NCBI GenBank assembly: GCA_039190745.1
Contig: JBCCXZ010000048.1
Coordinates: 1-31,423 of the forward strand
Origin: Planctomycetota bacterium
GTDB lineage: Bacteria > Planctomycetota > Planctomycetia > Pirellulales > Lacipirellulaceae
Direction of reading: 5' to 3'
DNA: 31,423 nt
Both the position numbers and the translations under genes were made by a program. Below are positions 1 to 11,620 of the stretch, in pieces (position 1 is the stretch's first letter; each line of letters starts with the position of its first letter). The notes under the pieces were generated by a model. It had not been told where the DNA came from and ran no database searches. It saw nothing but the letters and a program-made list of their open reading frames with translations.

Positions 1-1
1 C

Positions 2-2440
2 GACTACTTCAACCGGCAGTGGCTGGACTTCACCGGCCGCCCGCTTGAGGACGAGGTCGGCACCGGCTGGATCGCCTCGGTCCACCCCGACGACGCGTCC
101 CGCTGCCTCGACATCTTCCAGAGCTCGTTCGAGGCGCACCGCCCGGTCGAACTCGAGATGCGCGTCAAGCGTTGGGACGACCGGTACCGCTGGCTGCTGA
201 CCAACGCCGTACCAAGGTTCTCCGAAGACCGCGAGTTTCTTGGCTACGTCGGCTCCTGCGTCGACATCCACGACCGCAAGCAGGCCGAGAAGCTGCAACA
301 GAGCCTCTCGCAAATCGTCGAGGAGTCGGTCAACGAGATCTACGTCTTCGACGCGCACACCATGAAGTTCCTCCAGGCGAACCGGTCGGCGCGGCAGAAC
401 CTGCGGTACTCGCTGGAAGAGCTCTGCCGCCTCACCCCGGCGGACATCCTAGCCGAGTTCTCCTGGGACGAGTTCCAGGCCCTGATCGACCCCCTCCGCC
501 GGTGGAACAAGCCCCACCTCGAGTTCTGCACCCGCTGCCAACGCAAAGACGGCACCGACTATCCGGTGAATATGCACCTGCAGCTGATGGACTTCTCGGG
601 GCAGCCCTCCTTCGTGCTGGTCGGTCTCGACATCAGCGAGCAGCAGGACCAGCTCGCGAAGCTCGAGCAGACCCAGCAGCTCGGCGGCCTCCGCAACACC
701 ACGCTCGAGAGCCTCGCCGGCGACGCGAGCCTCGACGAAATCCTCGGCGAGCTGGCTACCGCGGCCGAGGCCTGCTCGCCGCAGGTCCGCTGCTCGATCC
801 TGACGCTCGACCACCAGGCAGGGCGGCTCTTCCTGAAAGCGGGCCCCAGCCTGCCCGCTGCCTACCGCCGACTCTTCGACGACGGTCTGGAAGTGGGCAG
901 CGGCAACGGCGCATGCGGCACCGCGGCCGCCACCGGGCTGACCTACGTCATCGACGACATCGCCACCCACGAGTTCTGCCGCGAGTTCCGGCTCGACGCG
1001 ATCGACGCGGGGCTCCGCGCGTGCTGTTCGCTGCCGATCTTCGGTGAAAACAACAAAGTGGTGGGCGTCCTGGACATGTACTTCACCGAACCCCGCAAGC
1101 CGACCCCGTCGGAGTTGACCTGGATCCAGACCACCGCCCAACTGGCGGGCCTGGTGATCGGCCGCACGCAGGCCAAAGACGAGCTCGAACGCGTCCGCGA
1201 GAAGGCCGTCGAGGCCAGCCGCAGCAAGAGCCAGTTCCTGGCCACCATGAGCCACGAGATCCGTACCCCCATGACCGCCATCCTCGGCTACGCGGACATG
1301 CTCATCGGCGAAGAGGGCCTCGACCGGGCGCCCCCAGAACGGGTTCAGGCGCTGACCACCATCAAACGCAACGGCGAGTACCTGCTCGCCCTGATCAACG
1401 ACATCCTCGACCTGTCGAAGATCGAGGCCGGCAAACTTGAGGTCGAACGGCTCGAGTGCTCCCCGCTCCGCGTCCTCGAAGACACACGCTCGCTCATGCG
1501 GGTCCGGGCCGAGTCCAAGAACCTCGAACTGACCATCGAGAACGATGGCCCCATTCCCGAGCACGTCCACACCGACCCCACCCGCCTCCGGCAGGTCCTG
1601 ATCAACCTCATCGGCAACGCGATCAAATTCACCGAGCAGGGCGGCATCCGCGTCGTCGTACGGCTGATCGAGCGGGCAGGCCAACCGATGCTGCAGTTCG
1701 ACATCGTCGACTCGGGCATCGGCATTACCGAAGAGCAGATGGACCGGCTGTTTAAGCCGTTCACGCAGGCAGACGCCTCCACCACCCGCAAGCACGGCGG
1801 CACCGGGCTGGGGCTTACCATCTGCCAACGGCTCACCGACCTGCTCGGCGGCGACATCACCGTCAGCAGCACCCCCGGCGAGGGGACCACATTCACCGCC
1901 ACCGTTGCCACCGGCCCGCTCGACGGCGTACGCATGCTCGAAGCGCTCGAAGACCACGATGAAGAAGAACACAACCCAGAGGCCAATACGATCGACCACC
2001 TCGACTGCCGCGTGCTGCTCGCCGAGGACGGACCGGACAACCAGCGGCTTATTGCGTTCGTGCTCCGCAAGGCGGGAGCCGACGTCGTGGTCGCCGACAA
2101 CGGCCGCATTGCGTTCGACCTGGCGGTTGCCGCCGAGAGCGGCGCCGGGCTGCCCGAAGACATCGAGCCGGGCCCCTTCGACGTCGTGCTGATGGACATG
2201 TCTATGCCCGAGATGGACGGCTACGAGGCCACCGCCGCTCTGCGTAACGAAGGCTTCGCCAAGCCGATCATCGCGCTCACCGCCCACGCCATGGCAAGCG
2301 ACCGTCAGAAGTGCCTCGACGCGGGGTGCGACAACTACGCCACCAAGCCGATTGACCGGCCGGCGTTGATCTCGATGGTCGGCGAGTACGCCAACGGCTC
2401 CCGGCAGCCCGTGGCCGCCGACGCCGCGGCGGACATCTAG
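2..2440 (+). CDS. PAS/PAS/GAF hybrid sensor histidine kinase with C-terminal receiver (5'-truncated by window edge)
   Basis: Frame is open from base 2 (DYFNRQWLDFTG...WIASVHPDD, PAS-like). Second PAS, GAF (GACGTAA), H-box MSHEIRTPM, N-box NLIGNAIKFT, G-boxes DSGIGI and GGTGLGL, receiver DVVLMDMSMPEMDG...KP. Confidence 0.95.
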   Translation, partial: DYFNRQWLDFTGRPLEDEVGTGWIASVHPDDASRCLDIFQSSFEAHRPVELEMRVKRWDDRYRWLLTNAVPRFSEDREFLGYVGSCVDIHDRKQAEKLQQSLSQIVEESVNEIYVFDAHTMKFLQANRSARQNLRYSLEELCRLTPADILAEFSWDEFQALIDPLRRWNKPHLEFCTRCQRKDGTDYPVNMHLQLMDFSGQPSFVLVGLDISEQQDQLAKLEQTQQLGGLRNTTLESLAGDASLDEILGELATAAEACSPQVRCSILTLDHQAGRLFLKAGPSLPAAYRRLFDDGLEVGSGNGACGTAAATGLTYVIDDIATHEFCREFRLDAIDAGLRACCSLPIFGENNKVVGVLDMYFTEPRKPTPSELTWIQTTAQLAGLVIGRTQAKDELERVREKAVEASRSKSQFLATMSHEIRTPMTAILGYADMLIGEEGLDRAPPERVQALTTIKRNGEYLLALINDILDLSKIEAGKLEVERLECSPLRVLEDTRSLMRVRAESKNLELTIENDGPIPEHVHTDPTRLRQVLINLIGNAIKFTEQGGIRVVVRLIERAGQPMLQFDIVDSGIGITEEQMDRLFKPFTQADASTTRKHGGTGLGLTICQRLTDLLGGDITVSSTPGEGTTFTATVATGPLDGVRMLEALEDHDEEEHNPEANTIDHLDCRVLLAEDGPDNQRLIAFVLRKAGADVVVADNGRIAFDLAVAAESGAGLPEDIEPGPFDVVLMDMSMPEMDGYEATAALRNEGFAKPIIALTAHAMASDRQKCLDAGCDNYATKPIDRPALISMVGEYANGSRQPVAADAAADI

Positions 2441-2661
2441 AGCGCACAACACCGAAGGGTAGCGGCTTCTCCGTCGGAACAGTCGGCGAACACATCGCCG
2501 CCGACGCTACAAGTATGTGCGACTCGCACTAGCCGCCCGCTCCGGCAAGTTCTGAGCGTATTGCTGCTGCCGCCCGGCGGCGATAGTCTGAAGTTGCGAA
2601 GCCGCCCCGCTCGGGGCGGCCCGCGCTACGCAGGAACGGCAGCACCCGGAGCGGCAGACGC

Positions 2662-3045
2662 ATGGACGTCCAGAACCTCGACCAGACGCCAGCCTTCACC
2701 ACCAAAGACGGCTCAGAAATCCGCGAGCTGCTGGCGCACCGCAATTCGTGCATCCGCCTGCAAAGCCTCGCCGAGGCCCGCCTGCCGGTCGGCGGCTGCA
2801 CCCAGCCGCACTACCACCCGAAGACCGAAGAAATCTACTACATCACCGAGGGCGCCGGCCGGATGATCCTCGAAGACGACGTGCGGGAAGTGATTGTCGG
2901 CGACGCGATCGCCATCCCCCCCGGCGCCCGGCACCAAATCTACAACACCGGCGGCGGCGTGCTCAAGCTGCTCTGCTGCTGCGCCCCGCCGTACGAAGAC
3001 GACGACACGGTGATGGTCGACGACTGGCCCCCGACCGGCCCGTGA
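2662..3045 (+). CDS. Cupin domain protein
   Basis: Cupin motifs PHYHPKTEEIYYITEG and GDAIAIPPGARHQIYN. Confidence 0.88.
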   Translation: MDVQNLDQTPAFTTKDGSEIRELLAHRNSCIRLQSLAEARLPVGGCTQPHYHPKTEEIYYITEGAGRMILEDDVREVIVGDAIAIPPGARHQIYNTGGGVLKLLCCCAPPYEDDDTVMVDDWPPTGP

Positions 3046-3071
3046 CCCAACCGCTCAACAAGGAAGCAACC

Positions 3072-4490
<1,419 letters not shown>

Positions 4491-4667
4491 AGACCGACGC
4501 CGTCAGTTCCTAGAAGCAGAAGCCCTGCCGGTAGACCGCGAAGGGCCCGGTTGTGCAGGCTTGCGCGGTCGGAAGCTTCTACCACGCCGGGCTACCGGGT
4601 ACCCTGGGGTCGCCGGCCTGCCCTCGCCCGGAGCCGGCGGCGCAGCTACCCCCATCAGGCCTGACCT

Positions 4668-5363
4668 ATGCTTGCTTTCCTCCACACGGCGAACGCCATC
4701 TACCTGTTCGCTTACCTCGTCCGCGACATCCTCTGGCTCCGCGTGCTGATGGTCGCCGCTATGCTCTGCATGCTGCCCTTCTACTACTGCTGCGCCGCGA
4801 CGCCGATGTACGAGGCGATCAGCTGGCAGTCGCTGTTCATCGCCGTGAACGTCGTCCAGATCGGCCTGCTGATCTACGAACGCCGCCCCGTGCGGCTCGA
4901 GGACGACGAGCAGCGGCTCTACGACGACATCTTCAGCGCCCTCTCCCCTCGGGAGTTCGCCAAGCTCCTCGCCCTCTCAGAGCGCAAGCACGCCGCCGAA
5001 GGCGAAACGCTCCTCAAGCAGGACGAGCCCGTCGAGCAGCTCGCGCTCATCTCCAGCGGATCGGCCAGCGTCGAGCTCGACGGCCGCCACATCGCCGTGG
5101 TCGAGCCGGGCCAGTTCATCGGGGAGATGGGGTTCCTCACCGAGCAAAACGCCAGCGCCAGCGTCACCGCCCGCGTGCCACTCGACTACCGGGCTTGGCC
5201 CGCCGACAAGCTCCGCAAGCTGCTCCGCGACCAGCCCGAGGTGCACGTGAAAATCCACGGCATCCTCGGCGCCGACCTCGTTGAGAAGCTCCGCCGCGAG
5301 GGCTTCTCCGCCGCGCACCCCTCGAAGCTGATGGACCTCTACCGCAGCGGCGAGCTTGAGTAG
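4668..5363 (+). CDS. Membrane protein with cyclic-nucleotide-binding (Popeye-like) domain
   Basis: About three N-terminal hydrophobic helices (DILWLR motif) followed by a cNMP-binding fold (GETLLKQDE, LISSGSASV, GQFIGEMGF); no HTH. Confidence 0.8.
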   Translation: MLAFLHTANAIYLFAYLVRDILWLRVLMVAAMLCMLPFYYCCAATPMYEAISWQSLFIAVNVVQIGLLIYERRPVRLEDDEQRLYDDIFSALSPREFAKLLALSERKHAAEGETLLKQDEPVEQLALISSGSASVELDGRHIAVVEPGQFIGEMGFLTEQNASASVTARVPLDYRAWPADKLRKLLRDQPEVHVKIHGILGADLVEKLRREGFSAAHPSKLMDLYRSGELE

Positions 5364-5571
5364 CACAGGTCGAGGCGCTCTTCGTGCCCTGTTCGAGGCG
5401 CAAGCCCGTCTCTGCCAGCACTGCAGGCACAAGCTGGGCGGAGATTTCGGGTTGTGCCGGCTGTTAGGGTCATGACGGCCGCGGCCAAAGGCCGATGACT
5501 GAGGCTGGACACCGTGAGCAGCGCCCTAGGTGCGGCTGCGTGATCTCGCGACCCGCGACGGAACCCTCGAC

Positions 5572-7254
5572 ATGCTCTTCACCCGCAGCGCCGCACGCAG
5601 TTTTGGCTGGGCCCTGCTCCTGTGCGCCTTCCTGCCCCAAGCGGGCCAAGCAGGCGCGGAGGAACGCTCGACGGTCGTCATCGTCCAACCGAAGAAAAGG
5701 CCCGCGCCGCCCGCCGACACGCGGCGGTTCCAGCACCGTCGCGGGGCCGACTACAGCGTGGTGTTCGAAACCCAGCGGCCGCGTCCCTTGCCTCCAGCGC
5801 CGCAACACCAAGAGCCCGAACGGCTGGTCAACCGGAGCCCGGATACCAACGCCCAACCGGTCCATCCCCAAACGCCCTACGCCAATATCCGCCTCGCGGC
5901 GCGACGCTCCGCCAGCCACGAGCCGGCGACGATGGCGGCCGCACTCGGCAAAGCCCCGAGCCCGTCGCGGCTGCCGGCCCTGCGTCGGCCTTCAGCGTCC
6001 CAACGCCATGGCGAGACCCAATCGCTGAGCAACACGCCGCAGCCGCTGCCAAAGACGCAGACCGTCCAAAGGCTTGCGCCTGTACGAAGACGCTCCACGC
6101 AGGCGTCTGGAAGCGCCACGCTCGAAACGGTCGCCCCGGCGATCCACCGCGAAGCCAAGCAAACCTGGTCGGACCAACCGGCCACAACCGCAACACTAGC
6201 GCCGGCCCGCCAGAGTAAGCCGGTCACTCAAAAACCAACGCCCGCCGCAAACGCCGCCGGCACGCCGTCGCTCTTCGATCGGCTGCTGATCGAAGCGCAC
6301 GAAGCCGCCGCATCGGCATCCACCGCCAAGCAGTACACCGCCATCATCCGGCTCTGCGAAGAAGCCGCTAACGAAGAGCCCGGCGTGGAGAAGGAACAGT
6401 TCGCCGCCGAGCTGGCCGCCTGGTCTCTCAACCGCCGGGGGCAGACCAAGCTCGACGCCGGCGACGCCGAGGGTGCGCTCGACGACTTCGACGCCGCCCT
6501 CGATTTCGACCCCAACAACTGGCGGGCCCGGCACAACCGGGGCATCTCGCTTGCCCAGTTCGGCGAGCTCGCCGAGGCGTTCGACGACATCAACCGCGTG
6601 ATCACCGAGAAGCCGCGCTTCGCCAAGGCCTACTGCAACCGGGCCACGCTCTACGTCCAGGCCGGTCGCCACACCGAGGCCCTCGACGACTACGAGCGGG
6701 CCATCCTGCTCGACGACACGATGGCCCAGGCCCACATCGGCCGAGGCCGGCTCTGCCACCAGGAGGGCCTGCTCAACGAGGCCCTCGTGCACTTCACCAA
6801 AGCCATCGACGAAGGCCCCAAGACGGCCGATCTGTTCTGCAGCCGGGCCGACCTGCTCGCCGACATGGGCCTCTACTCTCAGGCCCTGGCCGACTACGCC
6901 CGGGCGATCGAGCTCGACCCCAAGTTCGGCCACGCCTACCGCAACGGCGCTTGGCTTTTAGCGACCTGCCCCAACGAGAAATTCCGCGATCCGAAAAACG
7001 CCCTCGCCGGCGCCACCCGGGCCTTGGAGATGGGCTACGGCGACCGCTGCGTGCTGCTAGACACGATCGCCGCCGCGCTGGCCAGCGCCGGCTACTACGA
7101 CGAGGCCCGCCAAGCGATGGACAAGGCGATCGGCCTAGCCCCCGAGTCGCTCCAAGACCAGTACGCCCAACGCCGCGACCTCTACGCCGAGGGCGTGCCC
7201 TTCACCACCCGCCCGCTGGCGACGGTCCAGCAGGCAAGCTTCGCGGCGGAGTAA
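5572..7254 (+). CDS. Secreted tetratricopeptide-repeat protein
   Basis: Signal-like N-terminus (WALLLCAFLPQAGQA), long P/A/T/Q-rich region, then several TPRs (AYCNRA..., ALADYARAIELDP, AWLLATCP...RDP). Start taken at ATG 5572. Confidence 0.85.
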   Translation: MLFTRSAARSFGWALLLCAFLPQAGQAGAEERSTVVIVQPKKRPAPPADTRRFQHRRGADYSVVFETQRPRPLPPAPQHQEPERLVNRSPDTNAQPVHPQTPYANIRLAARRSASHEPATMAAALGKAPSPSRLPALRRPSASQRHGETQSLSNTPQPLPKTQTVQRLAPVRRRSTQASGSATLETVAPAIHREAKQTWSDQPATTATLAPARQSKPVTQKPTPAANAAGTPSLFDRLLIEAHEAAASASTAKQYTAIIRLCEEAANEEPGVEKEQFAAELAAWSLNRRGQTKLDAGDAEGALDDFDAALDFDPNNWRARHNRGISLAQFGELAEAFDDINRVITEKPRFAKAYCNRATLYVQAGRHTEALDDYERAILLDDTMAQAHIGRGRLCHQEGLLNEALVHFTKAIDEGPKTADLFCSRADLLADMGLYSQALADYARAIELDPKFGHAYRNGAWLLATCPNEKFRDPKNALAGATRALEMGYGDRCVLLDTIAAALASAGYYDEARQAMDKAIGLAPESLQDQYAQRRDLYAEGVPFTTRPLATVQQASFAAE

Positions 7255-7257
7255 CTC

Positions 7258-8103
7258 CTACCAAAGCTCCCACGAGCCCGTCTGCAGCACGTAGAACCCC
7301 AACAGCAGGTTCGTCACCCCGTGGGCCACGACGCAGTCCCCCAGGCTCTTGGTGCGGAGCATCAGCCACGTCACCATGCTGAACCAGACGAACGCCGCCA
7401 GCAGCTCACCCGGGTGCATCAGCATCGGGAACGCCGTCCCCGCGATGATCGCCCCCCGCGTCGCGGTGCCGAACGGCACCGCCCACCAACGCTCGTCGAC
7501 CACGTAACGCATCAGGAAGCCCCGCAGGAAGGCTTCCTCCATCACGGGCACGAGCACGGCCAATCCGAAAAAGCGGATCGCCAGGAATCCGTAAGCCCAA
7601 ACTGGGTTGCCGCGCAGCGCGTGCAGCGGGTCGAACGCGCTCCGTTGCCCCGCCTCTGAGAAGAGCGCAATACCCAACGGACGGAGCAACTTGTCCTCCA
7701 AGTTCAGCTCGCACAGCGCGACCCAAACCACAATGCCAACCAAGCCCACAACCGGGCCCAGCCACGTCAGCCGCCACGGCACGGTGCGGTAGCCCGGCGA
7801 GACCAGCAGAACCGCGAGCGTGACGACCGCGACCTTCGTCGTGTACACGAGCGGGTAGTTGCGTACGTAGCTCTGGTAGGCGGGGTCCTGCTCCCGCAGA
7901 CGTTCTGCCTCCGAGAGGCCGTCCTCGCCCACCGCCCCCGATTCGGCCCAATCGAAGTTGAGCTCCGGCGGCTTCGGCTCGAATTGTGTGAAAACCATGA
8001 AGAGGGCAAACGGCAGCAGGAACACCACCCAAGGCGAGCGCAGCCCCGAGTCGGCCTGAATATCCTGGACCGCGATCCCCTCGTCTGCAGCGGTCCCTGA
8101 CAT
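7258..8103 (-). CDS. CAAX prenyl protease-related (CPBP family) intramembrane glutamic protease
   Basis: Multi-pass membrane protein with VPVMEEAFLRGFL, FxxxH (FPMLMH) and AHGVTN motifs. Confidence 0.88.
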   Translation of the reverse strand: MSGTAADEGIAVQDIQADSGLRSPWVVFLLPFALFMVFTQFEPKPPELNFDWAESGAVGEDGLSEAERLREQDPAYQSYVRNYPLVYTTKVAVVTLAVLLVSPGYRTVPWRLTWLGPVVGLVGIVVWVALCELNLEDKLLRPLGIALFSEAGQRSAFDPLHALRGNPVWAYGFLAIRFFGLAVLVPVMEEAFLRGFLMRYVVDERWWAVPFGTATRGAIIAGTAFPMLMHPGELLAAFVWFSMVTWLMLRTKSLGDCVVAHGVTNLLLGFYVLQTGSWELW

Positions 8104-8621
8104 CGCGGTTCACCCCGCAGAAGAGTGGCTTATCCGTTGGCCGCGAGCGACTTACGGCAACGGAATCGATCGCCGGCCAAGCCAAACGACCCGCCCCACG
8201 CGGTGGATCGTCCCCAGCCGGAACCCTAATATGGTTGGTAAGCACGCCGCTGACAAACCGCGAGCCCGCCGAGCCACTCCGTCTTGGGGGTTTTCCGGAG
8301 CTGATCTAGCCCGGTTGCAGCGACGGTGCAGGAACTGACGGGGTGTTTTTGACCTAGCGGAGCTTGTACCCGTTAGACAGAATACGGGATCGTCCCACCC
8401 CCGGCGGCCGCCGCCTGCGCGGCCGTTCCCTGCGGAACCGCGTCGTTCGCACCACGACCAAGGCCCCGCTTCCGGTTCACCGCCGGCGGCGCCGGGTCGG
8501 AGGTCTACACGCCGCAGGCACAACCCGTCGGGCACTACGAAGCAACCACACCGCCAACCCTTACCAACAGCATGCCGACGGTCGCTGGCCGACGGCGGGC
8601 GCCCTGTAGGCAGAGACGACC

Positions 8622-10721
8622 ATGGACCTCCAAAAAGTTCGCAACATCGGAATCTCCGCGCACATCGACTCCGGCAAGACCACGCTGAGCGAGCGGATCC
8701 TCTTCTACGCCGGGCGCATCCACAAGATCGAGGACGTGCGCGGCGGCGGAGACGGGGCGACTATGGACCACATGGAGCTTGAGAAAGAGCGCGGCATCAC
8801 GATCACCAGCGCCGCGACCAGCCTCGAGTGGGACGGCTTCGACATCAACCTCATCGACACCCCGGGCCACGTCGACTTCACCGTCGAAGTCGAGCGTTCG
8901 CTCCGCGTGCTCGACGGGGCCGTGCTGGTGCTCTGCTCGGTGGGCGGCGTCCAGTCGCAGTCGATGACCGTCGACCGCCAGATGAAGCGGTACCACGTCC
9001 CCCGCCTCGCGTTCATTAACAAGATGGACCGCACCGGGGCCGACCCCTTCTCGGTGGTCGACCAGGTTCGCGAGAAGCTCGGCGCCGACGCCGTGCTGAT
9101 GCAGTACCCCATCGGGGCCGAGGAAGAATTCGAGGGCGTTGTCGATCTGCTCACGATGAAGGCCCTCTACTTCGACGGCGCCAACGGCGAGACCGTCCGC
9201 GAAGAGGAAGTCCCCGCCGAACTGAAGGAAAAGGCCGAGACAGCCCGGCACGAGATGCTCGAAGCCCTCTCGATGTACAGCGACGACCTCATGGAGAAGC
9301 TCCTCAGCGAGGAAGACATCCCGCTGGACCTGATCCACGACATCGTCCGCCACGCCGTGATCGAGCAAGAATTCACCCCCGTCTACCTCGGCACGGCCTT
9401 CAAGAACAAGGCCGTCCAGCCACTGCTGGACGCCGTCACCCGGTACCTCCCCTCGCCGCTCGACGTGGAGAACACGGGCACCGACCCCAAGGACGACTCC
9501 AAAAAGATCAAGCTCGAGAACGACGCCTCCAAGCCGTTCGTTGGCATGGCCTTCAAGATCGTCGACGACGAGTACGGCCAGCTCACCTACACCCGCATCT
9601 ACGAAGGCACGATCGAGAAGGGCGAGCAGTACTACAACCAGCGGACCGGCAAAAAGGAACGCTTCAGCCGCATCGTGAAGATGCACTCCGACAAGCGTGA
9701 GGAAGTCGACAAGGCCGAGGCCGGCGATATCGTCGCCATCATGGGCATCGACTGCGCCAGCGGCGACACCTACTGCGCCGAGCCGAAGTACTGCACCCTG
9801 GAGAACATCTTCGTGGCCGACCCGGTCATCAAGATGTCCGTTAACCCGCTCAGCCGCGACAACTCCGACAAGCTCGGCAAGGCCCTCCAGCGGTTCCGCA
9901 AGGAGGACCCCACCTTCCAGGTCTTCACCGACGAAGAGACCAACGAGACGCTCATCGCCGACATGGGCGAGTTGCACCTCGAGGTCTACATCGAGCGCAT
10001 CCGCCGCGAGTACGGCGTCGACGTCGAAGTCGGAGCCCCCAAGGTCAGCTACCGCGAGAGCGGCTCGGTGCCCTTTGAGTTCGACCACAAACGCAAGAAG
10101 CAGACCGGCGGCTCCGGCCAGTACGGCCACATCGTGGGCAAGATGGCCCCGATGACCGACGAAGACCGCGAGGAGGCCGAGGGCAAGGAGATGCTGTTCC
10201 AAGACAACGTCACCGGCGGACGCATCCCGAAGAACTTCATCCCGGCCATCGAGAAGGGCTTCCAGAAGATGATGGACAAGGGTCCCGTAGCCGGGTATCC
10301 GGTGGTCGGCCTACGGATCGACCTCGACGACGGCAGCTACCACGACGTCGACTCGTCCGACATGGCCTTCATGCTCACCGCCCAGGAGTGTTTCCGCGAG
10401 AACTTCAACCGCATGAAGCCGGCCCTGCTGGAGCCGATCATGCTCATGGAGATCGAGTGCCCCGAGTCCTTCCAGGGCTCGGTCGTCGGGCAGGTCTCCA
10501 GCAAGCGCGGCATGGTCGTCAGCACCGACACCCAGAACGGCCTCACGACTATCATCGCCGAGGTGCCGCTCGCCGAGACGTTCGGCTACTCGACCGACCT
10601 CCGCAGCCAGACCCAGGGCCAGGGCAGCTTCACCATGGAGCTGCACAAGTACGCCCCGGTGCCGGGCAACATCCAGACGGAGATCATCGAAGAGCGGAAA
10701 CGCGAGCTGCAGCCGGCCTAG
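8622..10721 (+). CDS. fusA: Elongation factor G (spd/mitochondrial EF-G1-like, outside the str operon)
   Basis: [62 protein letters not shown]; 699 aa. Confidence 0.97.
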   Translation: MDLQKVRNIGISAHIDSGKTTLSERILFYAGRIHKIEDVRGGGDGATMDHMELEKERGITITSAATSLEWDGFDINLIDTPGHVDFTVEVERSLRVLDGAVLVLCSVGGVQSQSMTVDRQMKRYHVPRLAFINKMDRTGADPFSVVDQVREKLGADAVLMQYPIGAEEEFEGVVDLLTMKALYFDGANGETVREEEVPAELKEKAETARHEMLEALSMYSDDLMEKLLSEEDIPLDLIHDIVRHAVIEQEFTPVYLGTAFKNKAVQPLLDAVTRYLPSPLDVENTGTDPKDDSKKIKLENDASKPFVGMAFKIVDDEYGQLTYTRIYEGTIEKGEQYYNQRTGKKERFSRIVKMHSDKREEVDKAEAGDIVAIMGIDCASGDTYCAEPKYCTLENIFVADPVIKMSVNPLSRDNSDKLGKALQRFRKEDPTFQVFTDEETNETLIADMGELHLEVYIERIRREYGVDVEVGAPKVSYRESGSVPFEFDHKRKKQTGGSGQYGHIVGKMAPMTDEDREEAEGKEMLFQDNVTGGRIPKNFIPAIEKGFQKMMDKGPVAGYPVVGLRIDLDDGSYHDVDSSDMAFMLTAQECFRENFNRMKPALLEPIMLMEIECPESFQGSVVGQVSSKRGMVVSTDTQNGLTTIIAEVPLAETFGYSTDLRSQTQGQGSFTMELHKYAPVPGNIQTEIIEERKRELQPA

Positions 10722-10785
10722 GCCGGAAGTCGCTCGCAGGCCTGACTTCGGCTCGACCTTCCTGCCACGAAACGACCAAGAACGA

Positions 10786-10817
10786 GAAAAGGCCACGGCT
10801 GCAGCCGTGGCCTTTTC
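10786..10817. terminator. Bidirectional intrinsic terminator between convergent fusA and RRM gene
   Basis: Perfect 32-bp palindrome GAAAAGGCCACGGCTGCAGCCGTGGCCTTTTC with a T-run on both strands. Confidence 0.85.
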
Positions 10818-10848
10818 GTTGCTTCCACTGGTCCCCGTATGGACGCTG

Positions 10849-11154
10849 CTACCAGTTGCGGCCGCCGCCTCCGCCGCCGCCGCGGTATCCGCCGCCGCCG
10901 CCGCCGCGGTCGGCCTTGGGCCGAGCCTCGTTCACCGTGATCGTCCGGCCGTCGAGTTCCCGACCGTTGAGCGTCTCGATCGCGTTCCGCCCCTCCTCGT
11001 CGTTGTTCATCGTCACGAACGCAAAACCGCGGGGACGGCCCGTCTCGCGGTCGTTGATGATCGCGACTTCGTCCACCTTGCCGTGGGCGCCGAACTCGTC
11101 GTAGAGCGTGTCTTGGGTGGTGTTGTAAGACAGATTTCCAACATACAGCTTCAT
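10849..11154 (-). CDS. RRM RNA-binding protein with Gly-rich tail
   Basis: RNP2 KLYVGNL, RNP1 [26 protein letters not shown] tail; GGAG upstream of ATG 11154. Confidence 0.95.
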   Translation of the reverse strand: MKLYVGNLSYNTTQDTLYDEFGAHGKVDEVAIINDRETGRPRGFAFVTMNNDEEGRNAIETLNGRELDGRTITVNEARPKADRGGGGGGYRGGGGGGGRNW

Positions 11155-11390
11155 CGAAAAGGACTCCAAAGTAGGCCGGCCTACCGCGGTCGTCCTGGAG
11201 TCCAACGAGGGCAACAAGTCTACCGAGATGGGCCGCCACAAACGGGCGAACGCTGGTTATGGCCGTCAAGCCATCAGGTCGCGGCCGGGCAAACGCCCGC
11301 TCGCCGTTTCAAACAGGTACACTCCCACTGCGTTTACGGCCTGTACCGAGTCCCTTGCGGGATCGCGTACTCCGCCGAATACGAGGGCAA

Positions 11391-11418
11391 ATTCTACCGA
11401 GAAAGAGCCTGCTGTCGA
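11391..11418 (-). promoter_or_regulatory. Putative sigma70 promoter of the RRM gene
   Basis: Minus strand TCGACA-N16-TAGAAT preceded by an A-rich UP-like tract (11421-11434). Confidence 0.55.
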
Positions 11419-11620
11419 ACTTTTTTTCTATTTTCGCTGCATAAAATATCAACGAAATCTAATCCGGCTTGAAACAAGCGCGGATCGGCAGACTGGAGAA
11501 GTAAGGTCAAAACTGTACCCGTTGGCACAGTTGCATGCCGCAAGAATAGTTGCACATCACTCCCCGGCGGAATACTACCCGGCGGAGATGTGCCGACAGC
11601 AAGAGGCTATTTGAAAGAGT

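Noticed and set aside
449..2452. Long antisense or alternate-frame ORFs (also 2940-4199, 8535-10202, 16572-18050, 24899-26518, 23105-23725)
   Set aside because: Shadows of well-supported genes caused by high GC3 codon bias; no recognisable motifs.
2459..2510. GTAGCG...CGCTAC inverted segment (similar GTAG hairpins near 30610 and 31034-31082)
   Set aside because: Possibly decayed GTAG-type REPs, but the copies share no convincing consensus within the window.
8104..8621. 518-bp intergenic region before fusA as an ncRNA or small ORF
   Set aside because: Divergent promoter region; I could not identify any RNA family motif or a credible ORF with RBS.
11523..11538. TGGCACAGTTGCATGC as a sigma54 promoter
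   Set aside because: GG-to-GC spacing is 11, not the required 10, on either strand.
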